From positions 28,986 through 92,985 of IMG/VR virus record IMGVR_UViG_2895778652_000001: DNA of 64,000 nucleotides, one strand, 5' to 3'. The translations under genes and the position numbers were made by a program. Shown here piece after piece: positions 44,329-54,572 of this stretch. The DNA is from a virus. Lineage: Duplodnaviria > Caudoviricetes. Within the stretch, counting starts at the first letter, position 1. Each line of letters begins with the position of its first letter. Below the pieces are notes generated by a model. The model was not told where the DNA came from and made no database searches. It saw nothing but the letters and a program-made list of their open reading frames with translations.

Positions 44329-45880
44329 GCGGCCCCTGGGTGACGGCCTGCCCGCCCCTGGAGAGCCGCTGCCCTGGCTTCAAGCGCTGTTCCCCCGCAC
44401 GTACACCCAGCCGCTGGCCGAGTACCATACCGAGTTCTGGGAGCGCGTCTGGCGGATGAAGCCCAACCAGAGCGCCACCGAGTTCTACGTGTGGCCGCGC
44501 GGCTTCTCCAAGACCACCAACGCCGAACGCGCCGTGATCCGGCTGGCGGCGGCAGGCTTCCGCTACATCCTCTATGTCAAGGAAACGCAGGACCAGGCCG
44601 ATGACGCCGTGCAGAACATCGGCGCAGTCCTCGAATCGCCAGAAGTCGAGCGCTACTATCCCTTGCTCTCCCAGCGCAGCGTCAACCGCTTCGGCAACAG
44701 CAAGGGCTGGCGGCGTGACCGTATGCGGACTGCTTCCGGGGTGGTGGTGGACGCCGCCGGACTGGACGTCAGCGTGCGCGGCCTGCTGCTGGAAGGCGCG
44801 CGGCCCGACGTGATCATCCTCGACGATCTGGACGCCAAAGAAGACACCATGCGGACCACCGAGAAGAAGATCCGCACGATCACCTCCAGCATCATTCCAG
44901 CCGGTGCGCCCAACCGCGTGATCCTCGGCCTCCAGAACATCATCAACCCGCACGGCGTCTTCACCCGCCTCGCGGACCTCTGCCCGGACCACCCCGCCGA
45001 CTTCCTGATGGACCGCTTCGTGTCCGGCCCCTGGCCCGCCGTGCGCGGTCTGGAATTTGCGCAGGCAGGCTCGAACGAACACGGCAGACCGATCTACCGG
45101 ATCACGGCAGGGGAGAGCACCTGGCCCCAGGCGCGGCCTCTGGCCATGCTGGAAGCGGAACTCAACCAGATGGGGCCGACGCAGTTCATCGAGGAAAAGC
45201 AGAACGAGGTGGGCGCGCTGGAGGGCAGCCTCTACGCCAACTTCAGCCTGCAAAGCCTGCTGATCGACGAGCCGCCTCTGGAAGACTTCGAGGACATCAT
45301 CGTGGTCTGTGATCCCGCCGTGACCGCCACGGACAAGAGCGACAGCAACGGCATCCGCGTGGGAGGCCGCCTGCCCAATCGGCTGATCGTGGGCCTGTAC
45401 TCCTGGGAAGGGCGCGACACCGTGGACGGCATGCTCACCCGCGCGCTGGTCAAGGCCGTGGAATACGGAGCCAGCCGCGTGGCCCTGGAAAGCAACCAGG
45501 GCGGCGACATCTGGATCACGGCCTACGACGCCACCTGGAACCATCTGGTCCAGTCCGACGATTACCCCAGCATCACGCTGCAAACCCGCAAGCCCCGGCT
45601 GGAGCAGGTCAAGGCCAGCACGGCCACCGGGGGCAAGCGGGAGCGCTGGCAGGTCACCCTCGGCGCACGCGAGCGCGGGGAGTTCAAGGAAGTGCGCGGC
45701 ACCCACGGGGTGCTGTTCTCCGCCCTGGAACGCCTGCCCGAATTCAAACCCTTCGACATCGCGGACGCGGACAGTTGGCTTGAACGCATCCTGTCCCAGC
45801 CAGCCGCTGCCTCTCAGGGCACCGTCGTCAACGCCGTGACCACCCTCAACACCCTCAGCCGCCTGGCACGAAGGAGGTGA
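44231..45880 (+). CDS. Terminase large subunit
   Basis: PRGFSKT Walker A, RPDVIILDD Walker B, CDPA nuclease motif, D-x-x-D near the C-terminus. Confidence 0.9.
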   Translation: MLSPLELARLKPRQRRAWKLLELLEAQTPPSIERPLGDGLPAPGEPLPWLQALFPRTYTQPLAEYHTEFWERVWRMKPNQSATEFYVWPRGFSKTTNAERAVIRLAAAGFRYILYVKETQDQADDAVQNIGAVLESPEVERYYPLLSQRSVNRFGNSKGWRRDRMRTASGVVVDAAGLDVSVRGLLLEGARPDVIILDDLDAKEDTMRTTEKKIRTITSSIIPAGAPNRVILGLQNIINPHGVFTRLADLCPDHPADFLMDRFVSGPWPAVRGLEFAQAGSNEHGRPIYRITAGESTWPQARPLAMLEAELNQMGPTQFIEEKQNEVGALEGSLYANFSLQSLLIDEPPLEDFEDIIVVCDPAVTATDKSDSNGIRVGGRLPNRLIVGLYSWEGRDTVDGMLTRALVKAVEYGASRVALESNQGGDIWITAYDATWNHLVQSDDYPSITLQTRKPRLEQVKASTATGGKRERWQVTLGARERGEFKEVRGTHGVLFSALERLPEFKPFDIADADSWLERILSQPAAASQGTVVNAVTTLNTLSRLARRR

Positions 45881-45895
45881 TCCACCATCGGACGC

Positions 45896-47383
45896 ATGAA
45901 TGACCTCTGGGCGGCCCTGAACACGCCGCTCACCCTCGGCCCCCGCGCCTCGCCCCCACCGCCCACCCAGGGACCCAACGCCGCTGCCGCTGCCCTCCGG
46001 GGCGCACGCAACAGCGGGCTGGGCCGCCACTCCTCCCCCGGACTGGAAGCGGGCTTCGGCTCCACCCTGGTCCGCCTGGAAGGCACCTTCCCCGGCTACC
46101 CGGCAGACTCCCGCCGCCGCGTGATCCGCCTGATGCGCTGGCTCACCCAGCGCGACGAGGATATGAACGGCAGCCTCAGAGACCAGATCGCCATCGCCAA
46201 TCCCGGCCACTCCCTTGAGTTTGTGGGCGGGAAGCGGGCCGTGCAGGCCGCCCAGCAGGAAATCCAGGCGTTCGCCGAACGGGTCTTTCCCGAGGGCGGC
46301 GGGCTGGACGGCCTGAACAACAACCAGGTGGGGGAGATCGTCCGCACCGGGGCCACCAGCCTGGAGTGGTACGCGCTGGCCTCCCGCCGGGGCGTGGAGA
46401 ACGTCGCCGTGGTTCCGGCAGAAGACATCTTCATCCGCCGCACCGAGTCCGGCCTGCTCTACGAGCAGCAGGCCCTGAGCGCGGAACCGGTGGAACTGCC
46501 GGGCCTCACCTACCGCTACCTGCCGATCCTGACCGACGGCGCGGACCCGTACGGCATCCCGCTGTTTATCGCGGCGCTGGAGAGTGCCGAGCGCAAGGTG
46601 CGGCTGACCGAGAGCGTGGACCGGGTGGTGGACATGATGCGCGTCCTCGCGTTCGTCTCCGCCACCTTCCCGGAGCCGACGCCCGAGCAGTTGGGGCTGA
46701 ACTCCCGGATGGATCCGGCCTTCGAGACCCTGACCGCCGCGTACTACGAGCAGGCCGCCGCGCTGGTGTACGACAACGCGCCGCGTGGCCTGTTCGTGGG
46801 GCCGACGGGCAGCGAGGTCAAGGTCACCAACCTGACCCAGTCGCTGGCCGGTCTCCCAGACCTGATGCTGGAGAACAACCGCCGCCTGTGGACGAGCACC
46901 CGCACCCTGCCCTTCCTGCGCGGTCACCTCGACGGCGCAACCGAAGCGCTGGCGAGGGTGGCCTACCCGATGGTGGAAGCCGAGGCCGCCAACATCCAGA
47001 TGGTCCTGGCCCGGCAGCTCGAACACGGCCTGAACCTGCACCTGCGCCTCAAGGGCATTCCCGCCCAGGTGTGGGTGCGCTTCGGTTCGGCAGAGAGCGC
47101 ATTCGCCCTGTCCCAGGCCCAGACCGAGTACACCCGCATGCAGACCGATCAACTCGGCAAGCAGGTGTTCGGCGACGGCTGGTGGAGCAAGGCCGCCCAG
47201 CGCTGGGACATCGCCGAGGGGGATGCCAAGCAGGCCCCGGAATGGTGGCAGGGCACGGTGCCCGCCCCCCCGAACCTGCCCCTGCTGAACGGCGACACCG
47301 CCGCCCGAAGCGCCCTGACCTATGACCGGCAGGCGCGGCGCTACCGCGTCAGCCTGCCCATCACCGACATCCGCACCGCCTAG
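45896..47383 (+). CDS. Portal protein
   Basis: Position after terL, about 495 aa, DPYGIP motif. Confidence 0.8.
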   Translation: MNDLWAALNTPLTLGPRASPPPPTQGPNAAAAALRGARNSGLGRHSSPGLEAGFGSTLVRLEGTFPGYPADSRRRVIRLMRWLTQRDEDMNGSLRDQIAIANPGHSLEFVGGKRAVQAAQQEIQAFAERVFPEGGGLDGLNNNQVGEIVRTGATSLEWYALASRRGVENVAVVPAEDIFIRRTESGLLYEQQALSAEPVELPGLTYRYLPILTDGADPYGIPLFIAALESAERKVRLTESVDRVVDMMRVLAFVSATFPEPTPEQLGLNSRMDPAFETLTAAYYEQAAALVYDNAPRGLFVGPTGSEVKVTNLTQSLAGLPDLMLENNRRLWTSTRTLPFLRGHLDGATEALARVAYPMVEAEAANIQMVLARQLEHGLNLHLRLKGIPAQVWVRFGSAESAFALSQAQTEYTRMQTDQLGKQVFGDGWWSKAAQRWDIAEGDAKQAPEWWQGTVPAPPNLPLLNGDTAARSALTYDRQARRYRVSLPITDIRTA

Positions 47384-47391
47384 GAGGCTAC

Positions 47392-49098
47392 ATGGACCCC
47401 CAGAACCCCACCCGTTCCCCCACCCGCCTCTCCGGCCTGACCTCCCTGCTCGGCAGTGGCGCGTGGGCCATCCGCGAGGCCAGCCACCGCCAGCTCGTGT
47501 CCGATTACAACACCTACCTCAAGGCTGGTCCCGCCGGTCACGAACAGATCGAGAAACTGCGCGCGGCCCGCGACACCCGCGCCGAGGTGCTGGACAGCGC
47601 CCAGGCCCAGGCCCCTGGCGTGGCGGTGCTGGCCCTGTACGGCACGATCCTGCCGCGCGGGAACATGATGGTGGAACTGTGCGGCGCGGCCAGCCCGCAT
47701 TCGTTCGCTGAGGATGTCCAGCGGGCCGCCAATGACCCGAACGTGACGTCCATCATCCTGGACATCGATTCCGGGGGCGGCGCGGTCAGCGGCATCGACG
47801 TGGCGGCGGAAGCGGTGCGCCGGGCCTCGCAGATCAAGCCCACCACCGCCGTCTGCAACACCACGGCCTGTTCTGCCGCCTACTGGATTGCCGCGCAGGC
47901 CCGTGAAGTGGTCATCACCCCGGCAGGGGAGATGGGCAGCATCGGCGTGATCGGCACCCATGTGGACGAGAGCAAGCTGATGGACGAGGCCGGGCTGGTG
48001 GTCACCTACGTCCGCAGCACCCCCGGCAAGGCGCTGGGGCAGCCCACCGAGGCCATGAGCGGCGACATCCTGACCGACTGGCAATCGCAGGTGGACCGCA
48101 TCCACGCCCTGTTCATCGCGGACGTGGCGCTGGGCCGCAAGCGCTCTGAGGCAGAAGTGGCTGAGCGCTGGGCCACCGGCGCGGTCTGGTTTGGTCAGGA
48201 GGCCGTGACGGCTGGACTGGCGGACCGCGTGGGCACCCTGAGCAGCGTGGTGGCCGAACACCTCCAGCAGGCCAGTGATCAGCAGGCCCGGCAGGCGAGA
48301 AGCCAGCGCCGGGCGGCGGACCCCACGTATGGCCGGCTGAGTGCCGAGGCAGACCGCCTGGACACCCTGCTGGCCGCGCCCCTGCTGCTGCCGAAGGACG
48401 CGCAGACGGAGGTGGTGGCCGCCAGTCAACGCCTCTGGGAAGCGGTGGGCACCGTCCACGCCTCCCACGACTACCTCGATCCCGACTACGCCGCCCTGTG
48501 CGTCCGTGCCACGGCCTTGCAGGAAGCGGCCCACGCCCTCGCCACCCCCACGCCCCCGGAGGCTCCTGATATGAAGACTGTCACCCTGACCGCGCACGAC
48601 GGCACGGTCCACGAGATCGACGCCACCCCTGAAGCCCTTCAGGCATTCCTGAGTGGGCAGCTCACCGCTCAAACCGCTCTGGCGCAGACCGCGCAGGCTG
48701 GCGCTGTTGACGCTGCATTGGCAGAAGCCAACGCACAAGTCGCCACGGTGATGACTGATCTGGGTGCGGCCTTCGGCCTCACTGCCGAACAGGCCATCAA
48801 CGGCACGGGCGACGCCTGGATCGCTGCCGCCGCCCGCGCTGGAGCCGTGACCGATTACCGCGCGGCTCTGCTCTCCGAACTCGAAACGCTGGCCGTGACG
48901 GTGGACGGGAACACGGGCGCGGCGGCGCAGATCGTCAAGCTGGCCGGTCAGGCCAGTCTCACCGACTTGCAAACCACCGTGACCGCCTACCGTGACCGCC
49001 GCGACACCCTGGTCCCCACCGGACGCCAGAGCGCCGTGCCCGAAACCAGCACGCCGGAGGTGAACAAACCCAAGCGCAGCGCCTTCAACCGCAACTGA
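47392..49098 (+). CDS. S49 (SppA-like) prohead protease fused to scaffold
   Basis: LDIDSGGG, ACSAAYWIA, GSIGV, GLADRVG; Ala-rich helical C-terminus. Confidence 0.9.
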   Translation: MDPQNPTRSPTRLSGLTSLLGSGAWAIREASHRQLVSDYNTYLKAGPAGHEQIEKLRAARDTRAEVLDSAQAQAPGVAVLALYGTILPRGNMMVELCGAASPHSFAEDVQRAANDPNVTSIILDIDSGGGAVSGIDVAAEAVRRASQIKPTTAVCNTTACSAAYWIAAQAREVVITPAGEMGSIGVIGTHVDESKLMDEAGLVVTYVRSTPGKALGQPTEAMSGDILTDWQSQVDRIHALFIADVALGRKRSEAEVAERWATGAVWFGQEAVTAGLADRVGTLSSVVAEHLQQASDQQARQARSQRRAADPTYGRLSAEADRLDTLLAAPLLLPKDAQTEVVAASQRLWEAVGTVHASHDYLDPDYAALCVRATALQEAAHALATPTPPEAPDMKTVTLTAHDGTVHEIDATPEALQAFLSGQLTAQTALAQTAQAGAVDAALAEANAQVATVMTDLGAAFGLTAEQAINGTGDAWIAAAARAGAVTDYRAALLSELETLAVTVDGNTGAAAQIVKLAGQASLTDLQTTVTAYRDRRDTLVPTGRQSAVPETSTPEVNKPKRSAFNRN

Positions 49099-49152
49099 GC
49101 CTGCCGTCGCCCTTCCCTCCCCGCCCTTTCGTTCCTATAGGAGGAACTTTTT

Positions 49153-49500
49153 ATGCGCGTGAACGAACTCGTGTTCAATCAGCAGGAAAGCATCGTCACC
49201 ATGAACATCGCGCCCGGCACCGTTGTCGGTGACGCCGTGGCCTTCACCGCCCCCGCCACCGTGGGGCGCGGCGCAGACGGCGACAAGCTCGCAGGCAAGG
49301 TGCTGAAGATCGAATCTGACGGCCTGGGCACCGTGTCCCTGCCCGGATCGGGCTTCACCGACATTCCTGCCGTGGGCACCCTGGCCACCGGCTTCCAGCT
49401 TCTCGTGGTGGACGGCGCAGGCAAGGCCAAAGTCGCGGCTGGCGGCAAGGAATACCTGGTCAATGCCGTGGTGGCTGGAACCGCCAACATTCAGCTCTAA
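49153..49500 (+). CDS. Head decoration/cement protein
   Basis: Small beta-rich ORF between protease and capsid genes. Confidence 0.65.
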   Translation: MRVNELVFNQQESIVTMNIAPGTVVGDAVAFTAPATVGRGADGDKLAGKVLKIESDGLGTVSLPGSGFTDIPAVGTLATGFQLLVVDGAGKAKVAAGGKEYLVNAVVAGTANIQL

Positions 49501-49571
49501 GTTCAGCCCTTCAACCCACCGCCCCGCGCCCCCTGACCGGGGCGCATTTTTGGCCCCCAGGAGGGACACCC

Positions 49572-50684
49572 ATGAGCAAATACGTCACCAAAATCAGCGA
49601 CATCAATCTGGACCTCAAGGGCCAGGCCAAGGCCGAGGGCCTGAGCTTTGAAGACAAGCTGACCCGCATGGCCGAGGCCGGACACCTGGAACTCGGTGGC
49701 CGCGAGATCAGCGGTCAGGAAAAGGACGCCCAAGGCCACGCCGTCCCCGTGTGGAAAGAGATTCTGAGCGCCCAGGGCATCGAGACCCGTGGCCGCCACC
49801 AGGCCGCCACGGTCAACGACGTGTTCTTCACGGACCCCGACAACAAGATCCTGTTCCCCCTGTACATCGAGGGCCGCTTCCGCGAGATCAACAACTACCG
49901 CCCCAACCAGCTCCGCATCACCGATCTGGTGGCCGACATGGTGCCCGTGACCACCGGCGCGATGGGCATGGACACCCTGACCGACAGTGACGACGCCGAG
50001 ACCGATCCCGCCCGGATCGCCGAGGGCGCGGAGTTCCCCGTGCTGGTGATCAAGAGCGCGGGCAAGACCATCATCCTGCTCAAGCGCGGCGGACGGCTGG
50101 AGGCCACCTACGAGGCCATTGCTGGAGCATCGGTGTCCACCTTCAACCGCTGGCTCACCCGCCTGGCGCGGCGCACCGAGACCACCAAGATCCGTGCGGC
50201 GCTGGCCATGCTCAAGAACGGCGACGGCGGCAACGCGGCCCCCAACGTGGCGAGCGCGGGCGCGGCTTACACCATCGGCGACATCGTGAAGCTGATCCAG
50301 CGGGCGGGCGACTTCGGGGCCGAACCGATGATCCTGACCGGCGACACCACCGAGATGGGCGCGCTGTTCGCCCTGGACTTCCTGTCCAGCCCGGCGAACA
50401 ACGGCATGCAGTCCGAGAACCTGCGCGAGAACGGTACGCTCCCGCGCCTGCTGGGGATGATGCCCAAATTCGCGCCCACCCGCAGCGTGATGGACGGCAG
50501 CAAGCAGCTCATGGCGATTGATCCCGCCCTGGGCCTGACCATGGCGTACAACCCCGCGATGGACCTGGTGGAATACGACGCGGTGATCGAGCGTCAGATC
50601 AAGGCTGTGCAGATCAGCGAGCAGTACGGTTTCGGCAAGCCGGACATCGCTGCCGCCGTGACCCTGACCCGCACCGGGGCCTGA
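49572..50684 (+). CDS. Major capsid protein
   Basis: Position, size, RIAEGAEFP / KRGGRLEATYEA / NGDG motifs. Confidence 0.85.
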   Translation: MSKYVTKISDINLDLKGQAKAEGLSFEDKLTRMAEAGHLELGGREISGQEKDAQGHAVPVWKEILSAQGIETRGRHQAATVNDVFFTDPDNKILFPLYIEGRFREINNYRPNQLRITDLVADMVPVTTGAMGMDTLTDSDDAETDPARIAEGAEFPVLVIKSAGKTIILLKRGGRLEATYEAIAGASVSTFNRWLTRLARRTETTKIRAALAMLKNGDGGNAAPNVASAGAAYTIGDIVKLIQRAGDFGAEPMILTGDTTEMGALFALDFLSSPANNGMQSENLRENGTLPRLLGMMPKFAPTRSVMDGSKQLMAIDPALGLTMAYNPAMDLVEYDAVIERQIKAVQISEQYGFGKPDIAAAVTLTRTGA

Positions 50685-50747
50685 AGCCCACTCTCCTGAT
50701 GGGCCAGCCTGAGCGCTGGCCCTGACGCTGTTTCAACGGAGGCCCAC

Positions 50748-51212
50748 ATGGCAACCAGACAGGACAATGCCGACGCGCTGAACGCGCTGCTCGGTGTGCA
50801 GATCGACGCCACGCAACGGGAGCCACTGGCCCCCGTGCTGGAGGAGTGGGCCAAACGCGCGGAGACTGAACCCGACGCCGTGAAGCTCGAAATCCTCACC
50901 TCGCAGCTTGAGGACCGCCTGGGCATCGAGATCCCGGAAGGTCAGACCGCCGATCAACTGGCGGAGTGGCTGGCCAACGAGGATGACGATGCCGTGGTGG
51001 CCGCCATCACCGGGGAAGAACCCGAACCGGATGATGAGCTGCTGACCCTGATTGTGCAGGTGTCGGAGAAGGTGGCGGCTTACGGCGGCACGTACACCGA
51101 TCCCGATCAGCCCGAAGGCCACCGCGTGATTGGTGGGGGGCCGGTGCGGGTGGCTCCCACGGCCCTGATCAATGCCGGGCTGAAGAACGGCACGCTGACC
51201 GAGAGCGAGTAG
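50748..51212 (+). CDS. Acidic virion-associated protein
   Basis: GGAGG SD, after MCP. Confidence 0.6.
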   Translation: MATRQDNADALNALLGVQIDATQREPLAPVLEEWAKRAETEPDAVKLEILTSQLEDRLGIEIPEGQTADQLAEWLANEDDDAVVAAITGEEPEPDDELLTLIVQVSEKVAAYGGTYTDPDQPEGHRVIGGGPVRVAPTALINAGLKNGTLTESE

Positions 51213-51215
51213 GTC

Positions 51216-51623
51216 ATGCCCCCGGTCACCCCGGCGGATATGGCAGAACGCTTCCCGGAGGCGGTCACGGTCAGTGTGGATGACGTTCAGGAGGCGAGTG
51301 ACTGGGCGGAAACGAACCTGATTGGCCCAGTCCCGGAGGCGGGCACCATCAAGGCCCGCGCCCTGCTCCGGGCCATCCAGGCGTATGCCGTCGCGCTGGC
51401 CCTCGGGTTGGACGTGCAGGTGATCCGTCAGGCCGCCACGGCAGCCGCCACGAAGCGCATCAAGGTGGGCAAGATCGAGATCGAGAAGGCCCAGGTGGAT
51501 GGGTCTACCGCTCAGGTCAACCTGCTGGCGAGCGCTGAGTACTGGCTGGAGCGGGCCGAGCTGGCCTTGCAACAGGCTGGGACGTATCCACAGCGCCGTC
51601 TGTTCCCTGGAACGAGTCGGTGA
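51216..51623 (+). CDS. Head-tail adaptor
   Basis: Position; KRIKVGKIEIE motif. Confidence 0.6.
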   Translation: MPPVTPADMAERFPEAVTVSVDDVQEASDWAETNLIGPVPEAGTIKARALLRAIQAYAVALALGLDVQVIRQAATAAATKRIKVGKIEIEKAQVDGSTAQVNLLASAEYWLERAELALQQAGTYPQRRLFPGTSR

Positions 51624-52108
51624 GCGGGTCACTGACCGCCGAACTTCAGGCCCTGGCCCGCCCGGAGCTGGACATCCTCTATGCGGAACTCGGTCAGCTC
51701 GTGACCATCTACGCGCAGCAGGACGCTGTGAGTGCCGGGGGGGCGGGAGAGTTGCCGCCGGAGGACTACGACGAGAACGGCAACCCGGTCAATCCACTGC
51801 CGGATGACCCGACACCAGATACGCCGGGCGCAGGGGTTCCCCTGGGCACCTTCGGCTGCATTGCCATGCAACTGGACGCCACGGAACGCGCCCGTGCTGG
51901 CATTGGGGCGGACATCCCGGTGCCGGTGTGGGAGGTCTATATCCACCATTCCGCGCCGCTGGCCACGCCGGGGGTGTTGCTGGTGGTGACAGGCGGAGAA
52001 CTGCCTGCACCGCTTCGGCTGCGGCCTCTGGCGGACGCAGAGGACATAGGGACTCAGCGGTGCGCGTGGGCTGTTTTGGGCAAAGCGCAGAACGCGCTGA
52101 GGGGGTGA
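51620..52108 (+). CDS. Head closure protein (putative)
   Basis: Synteny. Confidence 0.5.
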   Translation: MSGSLTAELQALARPELDILYAELGQLVTIYAQQDAVSAGGAGELPPEDYDENGNPVNPLPDDPTPDTPGAGVPLGTFGCIAMQLDATERARAGIGADIPVPVWEVYIHHSAPLATPGVLLVVTGGELPAPLRLRPLADAEDIGTQRCAWAVLGKAQNALRG

Positions 52109-52342
52109 ATGAAAATGGCGAAAATCGAAATCTACCGCTGGCGAGGCCAGGCTGGCCTGGCACAGAGAGACGAGTTGGAAGTCAGGGTGGATGGTCACCC
52201 CATCCCCCTTCTGCGAGGCTACGTCCTGGAAGAGCAATACGGCAGCTTCAGCACCATCAAGCTCACCGTGTTGGCAAGTGATGTGACCATGATTGACGGC
52301 CCACCGCCGCCACTGGAGACCCATGAACCGCCTGGTGATTGA
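52109..52342 (+). CDS. Small hypothetical protein
   Basis: GAGGGG SD. Confidence 0.45.
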   Translation: MKMAKIEIYRWRGQAGLAQRDELEVRVDGHPIPLLRGYVLEEQYGSFSTIKLTVLASDVTMIDGPPPPLETHEPPGD

Positions 52343-52766
52343 CCAGAGCCGCCTGCAAGCCGCCCTTGCTGCCCAACTCGGTCCAGTCAGCGTGGCGATG
52401 GGGGAGACGGTGGCGGGCTTCCTCAAGGAGAAGATGTCCGGTTCTGGCAGTGGGGTTCAGCATCCCGGCCTGCCCCGCCCGAGTTCTGCACCCGGGGAAT
52501 ATCCCGCGATGCAGGGCGGTGCGCTCGTTCGCTCTCTCGGCCATGAAGCGGTGGACGCCTTCCACCAGCGGGCGGGCGCGCTGAACAGCGTGGCCCCAGT
52601 GCCACCTGAAGCCTGGGCGCTTGAATTTCCAGCGCCTGCTGGCTCGCCGATCAAGCGGACTGGGCCGAAAGGTGCGCGCCCGTGGGTCTCGAAAGCCCTC
52701 AGCGACGCCGAACTGCGCCAGCGTCTCGTGGAAGCCGTGAAGAAGCGCGGCGCGAGGCTCAGGTGA
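52323..52766 (+). CDS. Neck/tail completion protein (HK97 gp10-like)
   Basis: SAPGEYPA..G.L..S, ALEF, ARPW motifs. Confidence 0.7.
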   Translation: MNRLVIDQSRLQAALAAQLGPVSVAMGETVAGFLKEKMSGSGSGVQHPGLPRPSSAPGEYPAMQGGALVRSLGHEAVDAFHQRAGALNSVAPVPPEAWALEFPAPAGSPIKRTGPKGARPWVSKALSDAELRQRLVEAVKKRGARLR

Positions 52767-53179
52767 CGCTAGACCAGCTCCTGATTTCTCTGGGTGTCGC
52801 CCTGGCCCGTGACGAGTCGGGTAGCATCGCCAGCTATCTCAATCCCACCCCGCAGCCCGCTGGCATCTACGCCGTGGTCACCGAACAGGGGGAGAGCGAG
52901 ACGGGCACTGGTTACGGCTACCAGGAGCGGACCCGCCTGGTGCTGGTGATGCTCTACGGGGCCAGCGGCAACGCGAGTGGCAAGCGCCAGCTCGACAACC
53001 TCATGGCGTGGTTCCGGCGTCAGGCGAGTTCGGTGGACCGCTGGCCGGGCTTACGCATTCAGCGGGTGGAACTGGCCGATGCCACGCCCGTGATGTATGA
53101 CGCCGAGACCTCCAGCCATTACGCCGGACAACGTCTGAGTGTGACGTTCATTCAGAACACGGAACCTCCGCCTGTCTGA
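52763..53179 (+). CDS. Tail terminator protein (putative)
   Basis: Synteny before the major tail gene. Confidence 0.55.
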   Translation: MTLDQLLISLGVALARDESGSIASYLNPTPQPAGIYAVVTEQGESETGTGYGYQERTRLVLVMLYGASGNASGKRQLDNLMAWFRRQASSVDRWPGLRIQRVELADATPVMYDAETSSHYAGQRLSVTFIQNTEPPPV

Positions 53180-53233
53180 AACCCATAAGCCTCTTGCCCC
53201 CGCTCCAGCGGGGTTCTTCATTGGGAGACCACC

Positions 53234-53959
53234 ATGACCCTGATCAGCAAACTTCCGACTTCGATTCCTGCCGATTCCACTCCCCAGACCTGGAGCGGCA
53301 CCGATCTGCGGACCTTCCTGGTCCCCCTGGACGCCACCGTCTTCATCCCGGAAGTCGCCGTGACGAACACTGCCGCCGTGGCTGCTGCTGCCACCACCAT
53401 GCAGCTCAGCAGCGCCAGCGCGGTCACCATCCCCGCGAATACGGTGCTGAGGTTCGGCACGTCCAGTGTGACCGTGACGGCGGCGGCGGACCTGACCAGC
53501 GCGGCCAGTGCCGTGACCATCGCGCCCGCCGCGACGGCCATCGCTATCAACGCGGTCAGCACCTACACCAATCTGGTGGAAATCCCGCTGGCCGAGGAAA
53601 GCAGCCCCACCCTGGCCGACGACGAGGAAACCATCAAGGTCCACGGGCGCAGCACGCCCATCCGCAGCGTGAACGGCAAAGACCTGACCAGCATGATCAA
53701 GACCCTGGCGGGCCTGGATGACCCCACGGTCCTGCGCCTGACCATCAAGGGCACCCAGAAGTCTCCGAACAACCGTGAGCGGCTGCTGTGGCTGTACCCG
53801 GACGGGTTTGCCCTGCTGGGCATGGTCAACATCGGTGCCCCGGTGCGGACGGCGGCGGCGGGCAGCACCCAGCGTGTTCAGTTCAGCAGCAACCTGAGCG
53901 GCAACGCGTACTGGGCCAACCTGAATGACGCGACGCCCACCTGGATTCCCATCAACTAG
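53234..53959 (+). CDS. Major tail (tube) protein
   Basis: Position, T/A-rich beta protein, YPDG motif. Confidence 0.7.
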   Translation: MTLISKLPTSIPADSTPQTWSGTDLRTFLVPLDATVFIPEVAVTNTAAVAAAATTMQLSSASAVTIPANTVLRFGTSSVTVTAAADLTSAASAVTIAPAATAIAINAVSTYTNLVEIPLAEESSPTLADDEETIKVHGRSTPIRSVNGKDLTSMIKTLAGLDDPTVLRLTIKGTQKSPNNRERLLWLYPDGFALLGMVNIGAPVRTAAAGSTQRVQFSSNLSGNAYWANLNDATPTWIPIN

Positions 53960-53977
53960 AGCTTCTCTCCCCCCAGA

Positions 53978-54007
53978 GGGCCAGTCACAGTGGCTGGCCC
54001 TTTTTTT
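53978..54007 (+). terminator. Intrinsic terminator after the major tail gene
   Basis: GGGCCAGTCAC-A-GTGGCTGGCCC-TTTTTTT. Confidence 0.75.
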
Positions 54008-54091
54008 GCAGGCCCCAGACGGCCATGCCGGTGCAACTCCGGCAGCCTGCGCCAATGCATCACCAATCCAATTCCCGGAGGTGTCCCCGAC

Positions 54092-54367
54092 TTGAGCCAC
54101 AAACTGATCGTGCTGGGCGAGCGGGGCCGCACGCCACACCTGCTGCTGCTGGGCTGCACCGTCCACGCGGACCGCATCGAGGCCCGCGCCTATATCGCCC
54201 ATGCCCCGCTGCGCCGCGCCCGAACCCTGGACGGCATGCAGAAGGGTGAGGGCGGCTGGACCGTGCCGCGCGGTGGCCTGCGGGCCAGGGTGCCCAGACT
54301 GGCTGAAGAGGGCATCTTTCTGCACACGCCGATCACGGTCATGCTGGTCAGAAGAGGGAAGCTGTAA
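54092..54367 (+). CDS. Hypothetical protein
   Basis: GGAGG SD before TTG. Confidence 0.45.
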   Translation: MSHKLIVLGERGRTPHLLLLGCTVHADRIEARAYIAHAPLRRARTLDGMQKGEGGWTVPRGGLRARVPRLAEEGIFLHTPITVMLVRRGKL

Positions 54368-54377
54368 TGGAGGAACC

Positions 54378-54572
54378 ATGTTGACCCCTGAATCCCTCTC
54401 GGAAATGGCGCAGGAGCTTGAAAAGCGCGGCGGACAGGCCAGAGAAGCGGCCATGTCCACCGATGATTTTCTGAACGCCATGTGCGTGCTGGTTCCGGGC
54501 CAGTCAAGAGAAGAGCATCTTCAGGAACTGCGCTGGCAACTCGGCTTTCTGGCGAGGCCGCTGCGTTCATGA
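54378..54572 (+). CDS. Hypothetical protein
   Basis: GGAGGA SD; coupled to the chaperone gene. Confidence 0.5.
   Translation: MLTPESLSEMAQELEKRGGQAREAAMSTDDFLNAMCVLVPGQSREEHLQELRWQLGFLARPLRS

Noticed and set aside
44321-48972. Very long minus-strand ORFs (943 aa, 530 aa), and similarly 11891-13468 (+) and 61141-62889 (-)
   Set aside because: They lie antisense to clear terminase, portal, protease, MTase and TMP genes; such shadow ORFs are expected in high-GC DNA and show no motifs.
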